Below are positions 16,009 to 24,781 of a DNA stretch of 34,970 nt, piece after piece (position 1 is the stretch's first letter; every line of letters begins with the position of its first letter). Under the pieces are notes generated by a model. That model saw only the letters and a program-made list of their open reading frames with translations, made no database searches and was not told the DNA's origin. This DNA is from Chloroflexota bacterium. GTDB taxonomy: Bacteria > Chloroflexota > Dehalococcoidia > GIF9 > UBA5629. The stretch lies in contig JAPLHI010000037.1 of the NCBI GenBank assembly GCA_026389695.1, positions 1 through 34,970 of the forward strand. The letters are read 5' to 3'. The position numbers and the translations under genes are program-made.

Positions 16009-16131
16009 AAGTTACCTCCGGATGAAAGTGATATGGTTTCTATAAATGATACTCTGAAAGTAAAAAGGAGCGTAATCTCGCGAGCTGGCGAAGGCTCAAA
16101 TAAATATAGCCCGGGCAATAGCTGGATTAAT

Positions 16132-16368
16132 TTATTTCGACTTGGATGCTTTTTGATTCAGCTCCTCAGAATTAAGCCTGATTATCATAGTATCGCCCGT
16201 GGCGACGATATCATCCAGTTTAATTTTATATTTTTTACCTATCCCTGCGCCGATAATAATGTTCTTGATTTTTCCTGAAAACAAATCAATATCTATATCT
16301 GAAACTTTGCCGATTTTATCTCCGTGTGATCCTATGACCTCTTTTCCCAGCAGTTTCTCAACCAGCAT
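16132..16368 (-). CDS. PRC-barrel domain protein (about 78 aa)
   Basis: MLVEKLLGKEVIGSHGDKIGKVSDIDIDLFSGKIKNIII... fits the PRC-barrel pattern. The N-terminus aligns residue for residue with the paralogue at 22346 (MKVKELFGKEII...). SD AGAGGTGG favours ATG 16368 or 16371 over the track's TTG at 16401. Confidence 0.75.
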   Translation of the reverse strand: MLVEKLLGKEVIGSHGDKIGKVSDIDIDLFSGKIKNIIIGAGIGKKYKIKLDDIVATGDTMIIRLNSEELNQKASKSK

Positions 16369-16479
16369 CATTCCACCTCTAAAATATTGAAATATGAGCA
16401 ACAGTTATTACATTATTATACAATTAACGGGCGACTTATCAAGGATGGCTTGAACATTTAAAGTATATTAGAGGATGTC

Positions 16480-17217
16480 ATGTTTTACATAATTGTTGGC
16501 GATGACAATTTTAGTTGCTATCAGGCATTACAGGATATAAAGAGGGGATTGGGAAACACGGAGATGTTGTCTGTAAATACAGCAGTACTCGATGGCAGAA
16601 AGCTTACTTTCAGGGAATTGACAGAAATATGCGCTGCGGTTCCTTTCATGCTGCCTAACAGGCTGGTGATAGTCGAAGGATTGCTGAAACGCTTTCAATC
16701 CGGAGAAAAGCAAACGAGAGTCAGCGAAGGCAGTGCGGGTGAAGGTAATAACCAACTTAAAGATTGGCATGATCTCGCGGCCTATATAAAGAGGATGCCG
16801 CCCACAACCGTGCTTGTGATTTTTGATTCTGACCTGGATAGTAAAGGCCATAACGCCATTTTTAAGAGTCTTTCTCTTCTGGCGGACAAAGTATTTCAAC
16901 TCAATGAATTAAAGGGAAAAGAATTGCAGACATGGATAAAAGGGTACACAGCGGAGAGAGGTGGGAGAATTGAGAGCCCGGCAGTAGCGCTCCTTATCGA
17001 GTTTATCGGCGGGGATTTATGGGCGTTAAGCGGAGAGATAGAAAAATTAGCTACATTTTGTGGCGATAGAGAGATAACTGAGAGCGATGTTAGGGAAATA
17101 TCAAGTATTTCGCGCGAGGAGAATATTTTTGCGCTTGTTGATGCCGTTCTCGAGGGCAAAATAAAAGAAGCTCAGTTGATGCTGCACAGGATGCTCAAGT
17201 ACGGGGCTGTGAATTAG
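16480..17217 (+). CDS. holA: DNA polymerase III delta subunit, apparently 3'-truncated (245 aa against the usual ~330-350)
   Basis: The N-terminus MFYIIVGDDNF..YQAL..I, then LVIVEGLL, and a domain II/III region (ALLIEFIGGDLWALSGEIEKL...IFALVDAVLEGK) fit HolA. The frame stops at ...MLKYGAVN*, where family members continue for about 90-100 more aa. glgC begins only 82 nt downstream. Confidence 0.7.
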   Translation: MFYIIVGDDNFSCYQALQDIKRGLGNTEMLSVNTAVLDGRKLTFRELTEICAAVPFMLPNRLVIVEGLLKRFQSGEKQTRVSEGSAGEGNNQLKDWHDLAAYIKRMPPTTVLVIFDSDLDSKGHNAIFKSLSLLADKVFQLNELKGKELQTWIKGYTAERGGRIESPAVALLIEFIGGDLWALSGEIEKLATFCGDREITESDVREISSISREENIFALVDAVLEGKIKEAQLMLHRMLKYGAVN

Positions 17218-17314
17218 CCTTGAATTTGCTGGTTACAGAATTATGCAGAGCTTAATCGACAAATAAAGTTTATTTGGATAAAATTTGGGTTGAAGCCAGG
17301 TGGAAATTTCGGAT

Positions 17315-18595
17315 ATGAAGAGGGTTTTAGCTGTAATTCTGGCAGGGGGTGCTAGTGAACGCCTCAGTATTTTGGCTGCCGAGCGTGCTAAGCCCGCCGT
17401 ACCATTCGGTGGTAAATACCGCATCATAGATTTTACACTGAGTAACTGCGCTAATTCCGGCATATATAATGTTGCTGTTCTAACTCAATTCAATCCGCGG
17501 TCGCTGGCCCAGCATGTCGGTGTAGGCAGACCATGGGATATGGACAAGGCTCAGGGTGGGGTGGTTATACTGCAGCCATTTCTCAGCCGTTCAGCAAGGG
17601 ACTGGTATAAGGGTACTGCCGATGCCGTATATCAGAATATATACTATATAATCGACCAACGTGTGGACGAAATACTCGTACTTTCCGCAGATCATATTTA
17701 TAACATGCGATACGATCAACTGTTAACCGCACATAGAAACAGGCATGCCGATGTTACGGTCGCGGTTTATGAAGTAGCCCAGGAAGAAACTTCACGGTTC
17801 GGCATAATCACGGTTGACCATAATGAGCGAATTGTAAATTTTGAAGAAAAGCCCAAAGTCGCCAAAAGCCGGCTCGCTTCTATGGGAATTTATGTATTTA
17901 ATAAAAGTGTGCTTATTGATGCACTTGAGGAGATGGCGCGCAAGCAGGAAGGTTTTGATTTCGGCCATAATGTGTTACCCGACCTGATAGGCAAATACCA
18001 GGTTTACGGCTATCGCCTCCGTGGATATTGGCGGGATGTCGGAACAATTGAAACCTACTGGCAAACCAATATGGATTTAATAGTTGATTTACCCGAGCTT
18101 AACCTGTATAACCCCGATAATGAGGTACGCACAGTTTTTCAGGGATATCCGCCTGTGAAATTAGGCCCCAAAGCTCAAATCAGCAGAGCACTGGTTTGTA
18201 ACGGGGCCATCATCAACGGTACTGTAATAAACTCAATTATTTCACCTAGAGTTTTTATTGAAGAGGATGCAGAGGTTAAAAATTCCATAATTTTTGAAGA
18301 TACGACCATCGGTCGTGGTTCTTACATAGACAAAAGTATCATAGACAAACAGGTCTGGGTTAGCCGGGGATGCCATATAGGAGAAGGAGATGATTACGCT
18401 CCGAATCAGGAAGAACCGGAGTATCTCAATATCGGTATTACACTCGTAGGCAAGGGCGCCAGGATTCCTTCAGACGTAATTATAGGTAGGAATTGCAAGA
18501 TTGAACCATGGGTGGAAGCCTCGGACTTTTTAACCAAGACGGTCGTAAGTGGAGACACGGTAAAGAGCAAAATCCCGAGGAGATATCCGATATAA
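17315..18595 (+). CDS. glgC: Glucose-1-phosphate adenylyltransferase
   Basis: [17 protein letters not shown]...[26 protein letters not shown], with a C-terminal left-handed beta-helix region. ATG 17315 has AGGTGG 11 nt upstream. The open frame extends to GTG 17300. Confidence 0.9.
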   Translation: MKRVLAVILAGGASERLSILAAERAKPAVPFGGKYRIIDFTLSNCANSGIYNVAVLTQFNPRSLAQHVGVGRPWDMDKAQGGVVILQPFLSRSARDWYKGTADAVYQNIYYIIDQRVDEILVLSADHIYNMRYDQLLTAHRNRHADVTVAVYEVAQEETSRFGIITVDHNERIVNFEEKPKVAKSRLASMGIYVFNKSVLIDALEEMARKQEGFDFGHNVLPDLIGKYQVYGYRLRGYWRDVGTIETYWQTNMDLIVDLPELNLYNPDNEVRTVFQGYPPVKLGPKAQISRALVCNGAIINGTVINSIISPRVFIEEDAEVKNSIIFEDTTIGRGSYIDKSIIDKQVWVSRGCHIGEGDDYAPNQEEPEYLNIGITLVGKGARIPSDVIIGRNCKIEPWVEASDFLTKTVVSGDTVKSKIPRRYPI

Positions 18596-18603
18596 CGCCG
18601 GGG

Positions 18604-20031
18604 ATGAAAATTCTTTTCGCAGCTGCTGAAATTGCTCCTCTTTCTAAAGTAGGCGGACTGGCCGATGTCACCCGGTCTTTGCCGCAAGAGCTTATAAAAG
18701 CCGGTCATGAAGTGCAAACAGTCATTCCGAAATACGGGTTTATTGACTTCTCCGGTTTTAAAACAGAGCGGGTATTCAGTGATTTTACAGTGCTGGCACT
18801 TGGCAAATATCGCAAAATCACCGTTGAGCAGATCATTGTTGAAGGTATCAAAACGTATCTGGTGAGTGAGGACATTTTTACTAATTCAGCTCTCGTTTAT
18901 GGAGAAAATGAACTTGAGAAATTCTTTGTATTTTGTATAGCGGTGAGCGATATCTTGCCTTTCCTGGGATGGCAGCCCGATATCATACATTGCCATGATT
19001 GGCATACAGCTTTAATTCCACTATTGGTCAGACTTAAGGGATACAACTACAGAACGGTTTTTACTATACATAATATTAAATATCAGGGAAATTTTGATAA
19101 CTATATGTTATATGAATCCGGCCTTGCTGCTTACTGGCATGCGAGACTGCCCGGGAATCAACAGATCCCGTTTAACTTTATGAGTCAGGGCATCCTCTGG
19201 GCAGACGCGGTTAGTACCGTAAGTGAAACTTTTGCCAGGGAAATATTGACGCAAGAGTATGGCTATGGGCAGCAAGATTTACTGAATTTTCGCAAAGAAA
19301 GCCTTTTTGGAATACGCAACGGCCTTGGATACGAAGAATACGATCCTCAGAGCGATAAATTAATTGCGGCGAATTACTCTCCCGATGAAATGGCGGGCAA
19401 GGCAATCAACAAGAGGAAATTACAGCAACTATCGGGATGGCAGGAAGATATCGCCGTGCCGCTGGTCGGCATGGTTACCAGAATAGATGAACAGAAAGGA
19501 CTTGAGATCATTCTGCAGACTGTGCCCGATCTGATCTCAAAACTACCTGTTCAATTTGTCTTCCTGGGGAGAGGTAAAGATTATTACGAAAGTGCATTGA
19601 AGTCGTTGGAAAAAAGATATCCGGGTAACATTAAAACACATATAACATTTGACAACGGGATGGCGCATTTAATTTATGCCGGAAGTGACATATTTTTAAT
19701 GCCGTCGAGCTGGGAGCCATGCGGCCTGAGCCAGTTAATCGCGATGCGTTATGGTACTGTTCCCTTAGCGCGTGCTACAGGCGGCCTGGCTGATACCGTA
19801 CATAATTTAAGCGCAGATCTGGGTAAAGGGACAGGATTTGTTTTTCATGACTACGATGCTCAAGCACTTACCTCTACTCTAAAAAGGGCGCTACACTCTT
19901 TCGATAATAGGAGGGCATGGAGTAAAGTTATCAGACGTATAATGAAGCAGGATTTTACCTGGCATGACCCGGTAATAAAATACGAAATGCTATATAAAAA
20001 AGCGCTGGAGCACACCAGAAATGCCGGCTAA
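18604..20031 (+). CDS. glgA: Glycogen synthase (GT5, ADP-glucose type)
   Basis: MKILFAAAEIAPLSKVGGLADV is the canonical N-terminus, with ...PSSWEPCGLSQL later in the protein. The track ORF start at 18508 overlaps glgC and is probably an over-extension. Confidence 0.9.
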   Translation: MKILFAAAEIAPLSKVGGLADVTRSLPQELIKAGHEVQTVIPKYGFIDFSGFKTERVFSDFTVLALGKYRKITVEQIIVEGIKTYLVSEDIFTNSALVYGENELEKFFVFCIAVSDILPFLGWQPDIIHCHDWHTALIPLLVRLKGYNYRTVFTIHNIKYQGNFDNYMLYESGLAAYWHARLPGNQQIPFNFMSQGILWADAVSTVSETFAREILTQEYGYGQQDLLNFRKESLFGIRNGLGYEEYDPQSDKLIAANYSPDEMAGKAINKRKLQQLSGWQEDIAVPLVGMVTRIDEQKGLEIILQTVPDLISKLPVQFVFLGRGKDYYESALKSLEKRYPGNIKTHITFDNGMAHLIYAGSDIFLMPSSWEPCGLSQLIAMRYGTVPLARATGGLADTVHNLSADLGKGTGFVFHDYDAQALTSTLKRALHSFDNRRAWSKVIRRIMKQDFTWHDPVIKYEMLYKKALEHTRNAG

Positions 20032-20989
20032 TAAAGCTCCGGTTATTGCCATAGATATCGGTGGGACAAAGTTTATTGCTGCCGTAATCGGGCAGGATGG
20101 AGAAATAGTATCTCGTGTATATTGTCAGACACTGGCGGAGGAGGGACCCGCTAAGGTTATCAAGCGGCTTATAGCCTCTGTATCCAATGTCATACGTAAA
20201 GCCCGGAATCAAAATATTAGTAGCATCGCTGTGGCTGTGGCGGGTACAATCGATATCAGGGATGGTTTGGTAGTCGAATCGCCGAATCTACCTCGCTGGC
20301 ACAACGTTAACCTACGAGATATGTTATACAATGAATTTAAGCTACCTGTATACCTGGTAAATGATGCAAACGCAGCCGCTCTGGGAGAATACCGGCTTGG
20401 AAAATATCCGGACGTAAATAACCTGGTTTATCTGACGGTAAGTACAGGTATAGGTGGTGGAATCATTATCAATAGGGAGTTATATGAAGGTAGTAATGGT
20501 TGTGCCGGAGAGATAGGGCATATGATAATTGATACCAATGGGCCGGAATGCAAATGCGGTAAAATAGGATGCCTTGAAGCGCTTGCTTCGGGAACGGCTA
20601 TTGCACGGATGGCAAAAAATTTACTGAAAAACGGGAGGAAAAGCTTGCTTGCGGAGATGGTTGATGGATTTATTGACAATGTCACTGCAGAGACCGTAAC
20701 CAGAGCTGCAAGGAAGGGTGATGTTGTGGCGTGTGAGGTCGTTCATACCGCTGCGCATTATTTAGGAATTGGTTTAGCTAATGTAGTCAATATCTTTAAT
20801 CCGGATGTCGTTGTGATTGGTGGCGGGGTATCGAAAATGGGAGAGATGATATTAAGACCTGCAAGGTTATCTATGAAAAAACATGCCTTCAAACTGCCGT
20901 CTCAGACGGTGCAAGTTACCAGGTCACAGTTGGGAACCGACGCTGGTCTTCTGGGTGCGGCTATTCATGTATCACGGAGACGGAGTTAA
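20021..20989 (+). CDS. glk: ROK-family glucokinase
   Basis: VIAIDIGGTKF, VNDANAAALGE, and the ROK zinc motif GHMIIDTNGPECKCGKIGCLEALASG. The start overlaps the glgA stop by 11 nt. Confidence 0.85.
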   Translation: MPANKAPVIAIDIGGTKFIAAVIGQDGEIVSRVYCQTLAEEGPAKVIKRLIASVSNVIRKARNQNISSIAVAVAGTIDIRDGLVVESPNLPRWHNVNLRDMLYNEFKLPVYLVNDANAAALGEYRLGKYPDVNNLVYLTVSTGIGGGIIINRELYEGSNGCAGEIGHMIIDTNGPECKCGKIGCLEALASGTAIARMAKNLLKNGRKSLLAEMVDGFIDNVTAETVTRAARKGDVVACEVVHTAAHYLGIGLANVVNIFNPDVVVIGGGVSKMGEMILRPARLSMKKHAFKLPSQTVQVTRSQLGTDAGLLGAAIHVSRRRS

Positions 20990-20997
20990 AGAAAAAT

Positions 20998-22299
20998 ATG
21001 ATTTATTGGGCGCCGCTGTTTCATTTTTACCAGCCACCTACACAGACTCCGTCGATTTTAATGAAGGTCAGTAATGAGTCTTACCGTCCTATCCTTGACG
21101 TTTTTGATGAGTTTCCGCACGCCAAAGCTACCTTTAATATAAATGGTGTGCTTACTGAAATGCTCGGGCTTTATGGATATACTGACGTTCTGAGTAGAAT
21201 GGGCAAGCTTGCTCAGAATGGCCAAATTGAATTTACGGGTTCCGGTAAATACCACCCGATTTTACCTTTAATACCCAAAGAGGAAGTTGAGCGGCAAATA
21301 AGGCTGAACTACATCACAAACAGGCAATATCTTGGTGATTCTTACGCACCCAGGGGATTTTTTCCTCCCGAGATGTGTTATTCCAGGGATATTGTAGGTC
21401 CCATTATAGAATCTCGCCATGAGTGGGTGATTGTGAGCGGGATTGCGTGCCCGGTGTCATGGCCGATGGATGTAATTCACGAAATTGACGAGGTGGATGG
21501 TAAAATAGTCGTTTTTTTCCGCGATGATATTCTGAGTAATAAAATCAGTTTCAAAGACTTGGATGGGCATGGTTTTATTGAGCATCTGAAACAGTTGCAC
21601 CAGGGCGAAGGTGACATTTATGTCATTACCGCTATGGATGCTGAAACATTCGGACATCACATTCAGCACTGGGACAAGCTGTTCCTCTCGGAGGTTTATG
21701 AAACGCTGACGCCTGCGGCAGATTCAACAAAAATTATGCGTGAGCAAAAACCGCTGGCTGAACAGCATCGCAAGTTGTTTGAATATGAATCAGCAGGTAA
21801 GCAAAAGGAGATTGAGATCGTCACGATCAGTCGGTTGCTGGACATATTCCCGAGGGGACAAAAAATAAGTCCCAGGCCATCTTCCTGGAGCACTTCTGCT
21901 GATGATATAAAAATGCAAAATTATTATCCTCTTTGGAAAGATAAAAACAACCCGGTACATAATAAGCAATGGGAGCATATGGATCTTACCATGATGGTAT
22001 TGCGCAAAGCTGAGGAAGTCGCTGACAGTTCAGTTAGCCGGGAATTCGCTTCCAGGGCCAGAAATACTCTTGACACTGCTCTGCATAGCTGCCAGTTCTG
22101 GTGGGCAAGCAAGCGGCCTATGTGGAATGCCAATATGATTTATCGTGGATTGGCTATGCAACGTGAGGTCTTGCTTAACGCGTATAAAGCTATCTCGTTG
22201 AGCGGTTGCGATCAGGCAGTCAAGAAAGAATATTATTACAGGGTTGTGGCAGCTCGACATATATTTGAACAGGTAACAGATTACCTTTATATGGATTAA
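20998..22299 (+). CDS. Glycoside hydrolase family 57 protein (specificity unassigned)
   Basis: GH57 conserved regions: LFHFYQP (region I), GKYHPILPL (II), GFFPPEMCY (III, putative nucleophile Glu), AMDAETFGHH (IV, putative acid/base Asp). Confidence 0.8.
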   Translation: MIYWAPLFHFYQPPTQTPSILMKVSNESYRPILDVFDEFPHAKATFNINGVLTEMLGLYGYTDVLSRMGKLAQNGQIEFTGSGKYHPILPLIPKEEVERQIRLNYITNRQYLGDSYAPRGFFPPEMCYSRDIVGPIIESRHEWVIVSGIACPVSWPMDVIHEIDEVDGKIVVFFRDDILSNKISFKDLDGHGFIEHLKQLHQGEGDIYVITAMDAETFGHHIQHWDKLFLSEVYETLTPAADSTKIMREQKPLAEQHRKLFEYESAGKQKEIEIVTISRLLDIFPRGQKISPRPSSWSTSADDIKMQNYYPLWKDKNNPVHNKQWEHMDLTMMVLRKAEEVADSSVSREFASRARNTLDTALHSCQFWWASKRPMWNANMIYRGLAMQREVLLNAYKAISLSGCDQAVKKEYYYRVVAARHIFEQVTDYLYMD

Positions 22300-22345
22300 T
22301 AAGTTTGCGCAGATTTTCTGCTTCGGATCAAGGAGGGACCAGGAT

Positions 22346-22567
22346 ATGAAGGTGAAAGAATTATTTGGCAAAGAGATTATCGATGCCAATGCTAAAGTTG
22401 TAGGATATATAAAAGACGTTGTAATAGATGAAAAAAAATGGGTTGTGACAGGTATTGTAGTAAAAGCTGGATTCATCAGGAAACTGACTATTCAAGTGGC
22501 GGATGTTGATAAAGTTGGCGACAAGGTTGTTTTAAAGGCGGCAATTGATAAGATTCAGAAGACATGA
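22346..22567 (+). CDS. PRC-barrel domain protein (73 aa)
   Basis: MKVKELFGKEIIDANAKVVGYIKDVVIDEKKWVVTGIVVKAG... Strong SD AAGGAGGGA lies 7 nt upstream. It is a paralogue of the ORF at 16132-16368. Confidence 0.8.
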   Translation: MKVKELFGKEIIDANAKVVGYIKDVVIDEKKWVVTGIVVKAGFIRKLTIQVADVDKVGDKVVLKAAIDKIQKT

Positions 22568-22600
22568 GTAGGTCTTGAATTGAATTAAACGGATAGTTCC

Positions 22601-24739
22601 TTGAAGCAGATATACCTCGGACTTGCCATACATAATCACCAGCCTGTGGGCAATTTCCCCTGGGTTTTTGAAGATGCTTTTCAATTTGCTTATCTCCCTA
22701 TGCTGGAAGCTCTTGAAAGGCATCCGCAGATTGCAGTATCCCTGCACTATAGCGGGTGCCTGTTTGACTGGCTGAAGCAAAAGCATCCTGAATTTCTCAC
22801 ATTGCTTAAAATCCTGCTGGATAGAGGGCAGATAGGGCTTATGGGGGGCGGTTATTATGAGCCTATATTACCGGCAATTCCGGATACAGATAAATCGGGC
22901 CAGATAGAAAAACTAAGTACATTTATCACAAAGGAGTTTGGTCATAAGCCGGATGGAATGTGGCTGCCTGAACGTGTCTGGGAACCATACCTTGCCAAGA
23001 TACTGGCTGAAGCGGGCGTAAAGTGGACGCTCATCGATGATACAGCTTTTAAGATGGTGGGGATGGATGATGAAGATCTTTTCGGCTATTTTAACACCGA
23101 GGAGCAGGGCAGATATATCAAAATATTCCCCATCAGCAAATACCTGCGTTATGCTATTCCCTGGCACAGGGTAACAAGAGTGATCGAATATCTGCTGCAG
23201 GAAGCATCAGAAACGTCGGATAAAATAGCTGTTTTGGGTGATGATGGTGAGAAATTCGGTATCTGGCCCGAAACTTGTGAGCATTGCTGGGGAAAGGGCT
23301 GGATGGAGGACTTTTTTAAAGCGATTGAGGATAACTCTGACTGGTTACACGTCACCAAACTCGGTGAGTATGCCAGGGCTCACCCACCGGCAGGAAGGAT
23401 TTATCTGCCCTGCGCCTCATATGATGAGATGATGGAATGGTCATTACCGGCTGAAAAATCCTGGTTATATACGGAATTAAAACATAAACTGGACGATGAA
23501 CAAAATACTGAGATAAAACAATTTTTGTATTGTGGTTTCTGGCGCAATTTCCTGATTAAATATCCCGAGATAAACCGCATGTATAAAAAGATGTTGTATG
23601 TTCATGATAAGGTTTACCGGGCGCGTACTATAAATAAATCTGATTGCGGTCTTGACGAATTGTGGAAAGCACAGTGTAACTGCCCCTACTGGCACGGTGT
23701 TTTCGGGGGAATCTATTTAACGGATATCAGGGCCATAACCTACACACATCTTATTCAGGCTGAGAATAAGGCAGATAGAATCTTACACAATTTTAGTAAA
23801 GGCTTAAAGTGGAGTCAGGCCGATTTTGACGGTAACGGCAGACAAGAAATTCTGATTGAGGGAAGTAATTTTAATTTATATATAAGCCCCGATGACGGTG
23901 GCAGTATTTTTGAATGGGATTTGCGCAACCAGGCATACAATCTGCTGTGCTCTTTATTCAGGAGACCCGAAGCATATCACAGAGCAATCACTCAAAATCA
24001 TAAAAACCATGAAAATTCAGCGGGTGAGAAAGAAATTGCCAGCATTCACGATAGTATAAAAGTAAAAGACAGCATCTTCACAGAATATCTGGTCTATGAT
24101 AGCTTACCCCGAAACAGTTTGATTGACCGTTTCTTTGGTAAGGACACAACACTTGAGGCCCTGGAAAAAAATAAATACATAGAGCTCGGCGAATTTGCAG
24201 GAAAAGCATATGATACACTGGTTGAAAACAAAGGACATGATCTGCATATATTAATAAAACGGCGTGCAGTGTTGAATACTGATAAAGGAACCGGTGATTT
24301 ATTGGTGGATAAATCAGTCGTTTTGTCGAATAAAGATGAAAAGCTGCGAATCAACTATCGATTTATTAACAAAGGCAGTACGAGCATTGATGTTATCTTT
24401 GGCAGTGAGTGGAATATCAATCTTCTTGGCGGCGGGCACAATGATAGCGCTTATTACCGTTTGCCCGATCGTGCAATAGATGATGTCCATCTGGATTCAC
24501 GGGGCCAGTTTGAGAATTGTAACCGGCTGTTTATGGGAAACAGACAGCTTGGTATTGAGATAGAACTCCACGTTGATAGACCTTTGACTGTCTGGCGGTT
24601 CCCGGTTGAAAGTGTATCTAACTCTGAGGGGGGTATTGAAAAGATTTACCAGTGCAGCTGCCTGGTTATATTGTTGCCGCTATATATTGAACCGGAACAA
24701 GAACTGAAATTTGGCTATTATTGGAATGTGAATAAATAA
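22601..24739 (+). CDS. GH57 alpha-amylase/4-alpha-glucanotransferase-like enzyme with a long C-terminal extension
   Basis: LAIHNHQPVGNF (region I), GGGYYEPIL (II), MWLPERVWEP (III, nucleophile Glu), VLGDDGEKFG (IV, acid/base Asp). 712 aa. TTG start with a weak SD. Confidence 0.85.
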   Translation: MKQIYLGLAIHNHQPVGNFPWVFEDAFQFAYLPMLEALERHPQIAVSLHYSGCLFDWLKQKHPEFLTLLKILLDRGQIGLMGGGYYEPILPAIPDTDKSGQIEKLSTFITKEFGHKPDGMWLPERVWEPYLAKILAEAGVKWTLIDDTAFKMVGMDDEDLFGYFNTEEQGRYIKIFPISKYLRYAIPWHRVTRVIEYLLQEASETSDKIAVLGDDGEKFGIWPETCEHCWGKGWMEDFFKAIEDNSDWLHVTKLGEYARAHPPAGRIYLPCASYDEMMEWSLPAEKSWLYTELKHKLDDEQNTEIKQFLYCGFWRNFLIKYPEINRMYKKMLYVHDKVYRARTINKSDCGLDELWKAQCNCPYWHGVFGGIYLTDIRAITYTHLIQAENKADRILHNFSKGLKWSQADFDGNGRQEILIEGSNFNLYISPDDGGSIFEWDLRNQAYNLLCSLFRRPEAYHRAITQNHKNHENSAGEKEIASIHDSIKVKDSIFTEYLVYDSLPRNSLIDRFFGKDTTLEALEKNKYIELGEFAGKAYDTLVENKGHDLHILIKRRAVLNTDKGTGDLLVDKSVVLSNKDEKLRINYRFINKGSTSIDVIFGSEWNINLLGGGHNDSAYYRLPDRAIDDVHLDSRGQFENCNRLFMGNRQLGIEIELHVDRPLTVWRFPVESVSNSEGGIEKIYQCSCLVILLPLYIEPEQELKFGYYWNVNK

Positions 24740-24781
24740 TATATCTTTGTACTGAAATAAAAAAAGATTTAAACATATAAT

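Noticed and set aside
18508-18603. The N-terminal extension of glgA in the ORF track, and likewise 29350-29409 for argD and 16369-16401 for the PRC-barrel gene
   Set aside because: The extensions overlap the preceding gene or lack an SD. The conserved family N-termini begin at the downstream starts.
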